Source: Eledone cirrhosa
Lineage: Eukaryota
Direction: 5' to 3'
Assembly: GCA_964016885.1 (NCBI GenBank)
Contig: OZ024754.1
Location: forward strand, 17,484,001 to 17,548,000
Length of the DNA: 64,000 bases
This document shows, piece by piece, positions 56,778-64,000 of this stretch (position 1 is its first letter; the number at the start of each line of letters is the position of its first letter). The position numbers were made by a program, and so were the translations under genes. The notes below the pieces were generated by a model. It worked only from the letters and a program-made list of their open reading frames with translations. It had not been told where the DNA came from and searched no databases.

Positions 56778-57925
56778 GTGCCAGTATAACGAGTTTACCC
56801 CGATACACACAACAAATTATTAACCATCTTGCCAACAACAACCCTGAGAACCTTTTTGATTTCCATGTGTCTAACACACGTGAGCATGCCCACAAAGTCA
56901 GAAAACAGCACAGTTCCCAGGACTTTTGGAAACATTTTGTCATGCGTTGCAGAAGCATGGAACAAACTATCTGCATTAGTTATTAGCTGTCGAGACACTG
57001 CATCCTTTAAAACCTCCATGGAACAAACTACCTGCATCAGTTATTAGCTGTCGAGACACTGCATCCTTTAAAACCTCCATGGAACAAACTACCTGCATCA
57101 GTTATTAGCTGTCGAGACACTGCATCCTTTAAAACCTCCATGGAACAAACTACCTGCATCAGTCATTAGCTGTCGAGACACTGCATCCTTTAAAACCTCC
57201 ATGGAACAAACTACCTGCATCAGTTGTTAGCTGTCGAGACACTGCATCCTTTAAAACCTCCATGGAACAAACTACCTGCATCAGTTGTTAGCTGTCGAGA
57301 CACTGCATCCTTTAAAACCTCCATGGAACAAACTACCTGCATCAGTTATTAGCTGTCAAGACACTGCATCCTTTAAAACCTCCATGGAACAAACTACCTG
57401 CATCAGTTGTTAGCTGTCGAGACACTGCATCCTTTAAAACCTCCATGGAACAAACTACCTGCATCAGTTGTTAGCTGTCGAGACACTGCATCCTTTAAAA
57501 CCTCCATGGAACAAACTACCTGCATCAGTTATTAGCTGTCAAGACACTGCATCCTTTAAAACCTCCATGGAACAAACTACCTGCATCAGTTGTTAGCTGT
57601 CGGGACACTGCATCCTTTAAAACCTCCATGGAACAAACTACCTGCATCAGTTGTTAGCTGTCGAGACACTGCATCCTTTAAAACCTCCATGGAACAAACT
57701 ACCTACATCAGTTGTTAGCTGTCAAGACACTGCATCCTTTAAAACCTCCATGCTTCCTGAGATTCGCCAACACTACACCTAATATTCCCCCTCCATACAC
57801 ATGTATATCATTACTCATACACTATTCACTTCCCTGATATTTGTATATTATTCTATGTACTATACATGCACCTTTGATGAGTTGTAGTGCACCTGAGCAC
57901 TGTACACACTAATTTCATTATATTA
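56778..57925 (+). mobile_element. CR1/L2-like LINE 3' end with internal 61-bp tandem array (~13 units, 56956-57752)
   Basis: TREHAHKVRKQH..VAEAWNKL..SFKTSM..* is a CR1-type ORF2 end; the repeat period of 61 was read from line offsets. Confidence 0.8.
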
Positions 57926-58603
57926 TATACGATGGGTAGTTAACTGGTCTAATGAGGAAAGAGGGTAGATGTTGAAAATCACAAGAGGACCACTGCTGGT
58001 AAGATTACTATCTTCTTAAACGAACACTGTCAGTCCACTTGATACTTAAAATGCGTCTCCGGCAACGAAGCTGGAAGATATTGAGACATCACTCCTATCT
58101 GGATTAGAGGTTCCATGCCTTGCTCTTGAGGACACACACACACCTTGTAGACAGCAATCTTGGTGTTTGCAGTTTTCTGTTAAGCCACACAAGAATATCA
58201 GGAGTTGGACTTGGTTGCCAGAGGCTATTTGGGGCGCATGACATGAGGAGCATTTTTTAAGCAGTGTGAGCTCATCCCTACTGCGACCCCTCACAAGGTA
58301 TTGGTCAACCTGTGGCACTGGTCCAAGTTGCCATGCAGTGGGACTGAAGCCCAAACCACATAGTTGCTAAGTAAACCCTTTAACCACACAGACATGTCTG
58401 GTGTTGAGATATTTACAAAGATTGGCTGCAGTATGCCAATATCTGGTATCAACAAGATCTGTCAACACAGTCACATATTACAATCAAGATAACCATGTAG
58501 CATTTACATTGCTGTGTATATACTATTGGCTTTTATTGTATTTACTATCGTATTTTATTGTATTTTATATTGTATTTACTATTGGCTTTTATTGTATTTA
58601 CTA

Positions 58604-59868
58604 CTAGCAGTAAAGCCCGGCGTTGCTCGGGGTCGCTCAGTAGCTGTGTTAAAGTTACAATGTTAAGTTTCTTTCTTGGTTTAAAAACTGTAGTGTCTAC
58701 TGTGCAGACTTGCATGTGGTGTTTTTGATTAATATTCCCTCAACCAACAATATGCCTTATGAAGTTAAGAAAACATAACGATAACCCGAATTAAAGTAAA
58801 TTCAGCCTTATAAGACCGTAAAATTAATTTAAACGTTTAATAGGGAAAGTTTGCTAACCGTCGTAATAAAAAAATAAATATCAATAACTTACGAAGTAAT
58901 GAACTCGCCGAACTTTTAAAGCGTTGTAGCATACAAAGGCAGTACAGTGCAAATGAAGCTATTAAACAAACTGGAGATTCCAATTCACTCTACTAAAGAT
59001 TTACTTAATCGTCTGCACATTCGCTAATCGTCTGCTCATTCCATAAAAGGGAAATAATCGCCTATATCACCTCTCTGCATGACTGTCTGTCTGCACGCCT
59101 ATATCACCTCTCTGCATGACTGTCTGTCTGCACGCCTATATCACCTCTCTGCACGACTATCTGTCTGCACGCGTATATCACCTCTCTGCACGACTGTCTG
59201 TCTGCACGCCTAACGAAATTTACAGATACATATATTTTAAATAAACTTATATAATTTTTGCTTTTTTTTTTACGAAATATTTGCTTGTTTTACGTAGTCT
59301 TTAAATAGACTTGTTTTCAAGTAAAAATATTGTTTTAAAAGGCTTTTAAATGGAAATGAAGCAAAACGGAAGCTTAGTGTTCGAACTGATGAATTTTGCA
59401 GGTCAAAATTTTGCTGGCTCGACAACTGTTCGTGTATTGTGTTAATGTCATTTTAAACGCTGAGAAAGCCAGCGTAATTTTTTTAATTTTTGCCAGCGTA
59501 ATTTTTTTAATTTTTGCACGCAGAAAATGTAAACAGAACGTAAGACGCTACGCTGAATGTAAACAGAACAAAGGGAAATCATTTTTTTAATTTTTGCACG
59601 CAGAAAATGTAAAGAGAACGTAAGACGCTACGCTGAATGTAAACAGAACAAAGGGAAATAACTCATCACTTACGCTCAAAAATCGATACATTATATTCGA
59701 TTTCGTCAGATAGGGCGGGTCAATTTGAAATATTTTTTTTCCGATGTCTTCGCTAGGGCTCAATGTACAAGTATAGCAATTTCGGTGCAATTCCGTGAGA
59801 GATTCTAAGAGGAGATGTGTGCCAAAAATCGATAGACAGACAGACAACCTCAGTTTTATATATATAGA
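58604..59868 (-). mobile_element. non-autonomous Helitron
   Basis: Minus strand 5' TC(tatatatataaaac)..3' hairpin CCCG-agcaacgc-CGGG then CTAG; inserted between A and T with no TSD; internal 37-bp minisatellite at about 59059-59211. Confidence 0.9.
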
Positions 59869-61091
59869 TTGTATTTTATTGTATTTACTATCGTATTTTA
59901 TTGTATTTACTATTGGCTTTTATTGTATTTACTATTGGCTTTTATTGTATTTACTATTGGCTTTTATTGTATTTACTATTGGCTTTTATTGTATTTACTA
60001 TTGTATTTTATTGTATTTACTATTGGCTTATTGTATTTACTATTGTATTTTATTGTATTTACTATTGTATTTTATTGTATTTACTATTGGCTTTTATTGT
60101 ATTTACTATTGGCTTTTATTGTATTTACTATCGTATTTTATTGAATTTACTATTGGCTTTTATTGTATTTTATTGTATTTACTATTGGCTTTTATTGTAT
60201 TTACTATCGTATTTTATTGAATTTACTATTGGCTTTTATTGTATTTAATTGTATTTACTATTGGCTTTTATTGAATTTACTATTGTATTTTATTGTATTT
60301 AAAATTGGCTTTTATTGTATTTACTATTGTATTTTATTGTATTTACTATTGGCTTTTATTGTATTTACTATCGTATTTTATTGTATTTACAATTGGCTTT
60401 TATTGTATTTACTATTGGCTTTTATTGTATTTACAATTGTATTTTATTGTATTTACTATTGGCTTTTATTGTATTTACTATTGGCTTTTATTGTATTTAC
60501 AATTGTATTTTATTGTATTTACTATTGGCTTTTATTGTATTTACTATTGGCTTTTATTGTATTTACAATTGGCTTTTATTGTATTTACTATTGTATTTTA
60601 TTGTATTTACTATTGGCTTTTATTGTATTTACTATTGTATTCTATTGTATTTACTATTGGCTTTTATTGTATTTACTATTGCACTTTATTGTATTTACTA
60701 TTGGCTTTCATTTTATTTACTATTGTATTTTATTGTATTTACTATTGCACTTTATTGTATTTACTATTGGCTTTGATTGTATTTACTATTGTACTTTATT
60801 GTATTTACTATTGTACTTTAATGTATTTACTATTGGCTTTTATTGTATTTACTATTGTATTTTATTGTATTTACTATTGGCTTTTATTGTATTTTATTGT
60901 ATTTACTATTGTATTTTATTGTATTTTATTGAATTTACTATTGGCTTTTATTGTATTTTATTGAATTTACTATTGGCTTTTATTATATTTTATTGTATTT
61001 ACTATTGGCTTTACTATTGGCTTTTATTGTATTTACTATTGTATTTTATTGTATTTACTATTGTATTTTATTGTATTTACTATTGGCTTTA
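59869..61091. repeat. 22-bp AT-rich minisatellite (begins at about 58521, split by the Helitron)
   Basis: Unit tattggcttttattgtatttac with variants. Confidence 0.95.
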
Positions 61092-61463
61092 TCTTACATA
61101 ATTATTTCACATAGTATCGAATCTATGAGAATAATACTTTAACATCAATATGAGCAGTTAGTTATTGCTGGTTTGAACAGAGAGGGGTCAAATAATTTAA
61201 GGGAATAAATAAATAATTTAACAGAAAGGGTTAAATAATTCAAGGACCAGGGGTCTTTAGTACAGAGTACAGTTTAAATGCTAAAGGGTTAAATATAAAA
61301 AGAAAAAAAAAGAGAATGAAATAAACAGTCTAATAAAAAAAATTAAGTCATTTAATGGCTTTAATAATTCAGAGTTGATGAAAATAAAGTTAAGAAAGTA
61401 TTCATGTTATTTCATTTTTCAGTTGGTAAACTAAAGGAGTGGATTTCTTCAAAGTGTTGAACC

Positions 61464-61546
61464 TCACTTGGGGTTATGAACTTCACATTTACATCTGTCC
61501 TCTTCAGGAACATTTTCCATAATACTCTTAATATGTCTACCACAAC
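61464..61546 (-). CDS. probable terminal coding exon of a small Cys/His-rich protein
   Basis: Acceptor ttgcag| then (G)CGRHIKSIMENVPEEDRCKCEVHNPK*; resembles a small uncharacterised GCGxHI..VP.E.RCxC family recalled from memory. Confidence 0.6.
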
Positions 61547-61939
61547 CTGCAATAGATAATTTACAACATTCAATCATAGGCCCCTTATTTTTTTCTTTTG
61601 TTAAATACATTGTATTTACAATACTTCAACTTTTTGAGAACAATACTTTAACATAAGTATAAGCAGCCGGTTCGAACAGAAAGATGTGAAAGAATTCTGG
61701 CGGGATATGGCTGGTTTAAATGTTATCAAAGTGCTGAGAGTGTTTGTAATTTGAAAATGTGCATGTCCGAAACAGAAAATAACTGTAATAACAATCACTA
61801 AAGATAGTAGTTGAGAAAATTGGGTATATGGCCCTTAGAGAGAGAAAAAAAGTGGACAGTGGCACATCTGAGGGTAATTCACCTCTATTATCAGGCAACT
61901 TATTAGTTATTCAAAAGAAACATAGTATTGATAAGAATT

Positions 61940-62150
61940 AAAAAGCACCCAGTCCACACAGTAAAGTGGTTGTGTAGGTGTCACAACAAAAAGCACCCAG
62001 TCCACACAGTAAAGTGGTTGTGTAGGTGTCACGACAAAAAGCACCCAGTCCACACTGTAAAGTGGTCGTGTAGGTGTCACGACAAAAAGCACCCAGTCCA
62101 CACAGTAAAGTGGCTTTGTTGGTGACAGGACAAAAAGCACCCAGTACACA
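61940..62150. repeat. 48-bp tandem repeat (~4.5 units) at the start of a retroposon-like tail
   Basis: gcacccagtc recurs at 61945, 61993, 62041 and 62089. Confidence 0.85.
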
Positions 62151-62617
62151 CTGCAAATGAGGTTGGCGTCAGAAAGGGCACCCAGCATTATAAACCAAGC
62201 TTGAATCAGTTCTGTGTGAGCAAGACACAGTCACCCAATCTGGCTTGTCTTAAAAGTCATCTAACCCATGCTAGTGTGCAAAAATGGATGTTAAATAGTG
62301 ATGATGATGGTGATGATGAATAACAACAAAGATGTTTTAAATAATAATCCAGATTTATGAGTAGAGGCTGTAAAAATTGCTGGCTTTTTCACAATTGGTA
62401 CTTTATTTTATCGACCCTGTAAGGATGAAAGGCAAAGTTAACCTTGGCAGGATTTGAACTCAGACCGCGAAGGGCCGTAACTCTATGGTGCAAAGCATGG
62501 CGTCCGACCCTCTACTGATTCTACCAATCCACCGCCATAAAAACAATGTTTACTTCATAATAAAACCTCTGTGTGGTTGCTCAACATAGAAATAATTCTA
62601 TCAAATGCCTTATTTTA

Positions 62618-62796
62618 CAAGGGTCTGCTGAAAAGTTCATAAGCTGACTATGAAGGAGTGATGCTAGAGCTGTGAAATCTTGCATGCATTAATAACTGCA
62701 GTGTTTCTTTCTAGGGACCATGTTGAAACATAAACCACATTTGGTCATTCCATGAGAGTATCTTGGTCAGCCTATGAACTTTTCAGCTGACCCTTG
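62618..62796. mobile_element. Tc1/mariner MITE
   Basis: TA-caagggtctgctgaaaagttcataagctgac..gtcagcctatgaacttttcagctgacccttg-TA. Confidence 0.9.
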
Positions 62797-63583
62797 TAAA
62801 GGAAGGACACGTTATATAATGTAAAGATGAATGGCTTCGTGCTCAAGGTGTTCAGCTCATAATCATAAAGTGAATTCAATTCCTGGATCAAATTGTGCAT
62901 TGTGTCCTTGAGCAAGACACTTTATTTCACATTGGTGGAGTAAACAGTAACTCAACTGATACCTGTAATTTAAAGAGCCAGCTGGATCCCACTGAGAAAT
63001 ACATTAAAAGCACATATGTCTGTGGAATGTATAGTTTGTTCGGTGGATTGAATAAGTAGAACACATTATTGGAACCAACTGAGGATCAATTTATTAAAAA
63101 TATCACCTTTATGTCCACATTTCCATTATGGTATGGATGTTTTTAGGCAGTTTTTCCAAACAAACTATTGTTGATATTGCCAAAACAAACAAATGTATCA
63201 AATGTCCTTATGTGTATTTAACAGGTTGAACAACCATATTGAGGGACACCTTAATGATTTGGGTTACACATGTATGCATCATATTAGAAAACAAAAATTA
63301 AACCTTCTGTTTTTACTTACAGCACATTTTGTGATAGTTCTGAAGCAACAGGAAATGATATTTATTTGTTTAATGTTCAGGAAAATCATCATAGCTCAAC
63401 CTTGATCATTTTCAAATGACAGTCAATACTTAATATTTAATCAATCTATAACAACAAGAAACTAATAAATTAATTATTTCTTGTTTTCTGGAAGTAGAGT
63501 GTTACTTTGGTTTGTTCAAGTCTCCAGAATTTTAATCCATTTCTTGTACAAGACTCAACAACATTATCAATGTCACTGTCACT

Positions 63584-63772
63584 CAAAGGGCAGTGAATTG
63601 GCAGTATCGGTAGAGGGTCAGACACCATGCTTTCCAGCATAGTTACGTCCCTTTACGGTCTGAGTTCAAATCCCGTCGAGGTTAACTTTGCCTTTCATCC
63701 TTACCAGGTGGATAAAATAAAGTACCAGTAATGAACTGAGTAATTGCTGGCCTTGTGCCAAAAGTAGAAACA
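63584..63772 (+). mobile_element. full-length tRNA-derived SINE
   Basis: A/B boxes; 21-bp TSD attatcaatgtcactgtcact at 63563-63583 and 63773-63793. Confidence 0.9.
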
Positions 63773-64000
63773 ATTATCAATGTCACTGTCACTATGGTAC
63801 CCAGGTAGTAGCTTCTCTGGTCTTTGACTGTTTAACAGTGCTGGCAGCTGTTGATGTCTTCAATGGCATAAAAACTCTCAAAATCTTCACAATTGTTATC
63901 TAGGAATTTTCTCACAGTTGCCAGAGCAAGTCCAACATCTGTCATTGAAACAGGTAACATACCACCACTACTGCCACTGCCATCATCATTGCTGTCATTA

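Noticed and set aside
49379-57752. 45-bp and 61-bp arrays as CRISPR-like
   Set aside because: Units are contiguous with no unique spacers, and no cas-like genes are present.
59795-61142. Hydrophobic membrane-protein-like ORFs
   Set aside because: Translations of the 22-bp minisatellite in all frames.

Overview
AT-rich, repeat-saturated animal genomic DNA. The (TA)n/(CA)n microsatellite load and the tRNA-derived SINE family resemble cephalopod/mollusc genomes; this is inference only. Bases ~1-46 kb are dominated by fragments of several Penelope-like retroelement (PLE) families (RT plus C-terminal GIY-YIG), most inserted in (TA)n and often arranged as fold-back inverted repeats of up to 2 kb. 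Their termini carry more than 20 hammerhead-ribozyme (HHR)-like motifs, including U3-A8 core covariants, forms with a giant stem II, and ~425-bp tandem HHR repeats. Other elements are a non-coding LTR element with an abnormally long tRNA-Trp copy at its PBS, pogo/hAT/mariner/Helitron DNA elements, CR1/L2, RTE and CRE LINE fragments, and tandem arrays amplified out of SINE/LINE pieces (45, 61 and 48 bp units). Host-like sequence is limited to a decaying histone locus (open but divergent H2B with stem-loop; H2A and H3 remnants) and a probable last exon of a small Cys/His protein near 61.5 kb. Most ORFs in the supplied track are microsatellite artefacts. All structure calls were made by eye and coordinates of degenerate elements are approximate.
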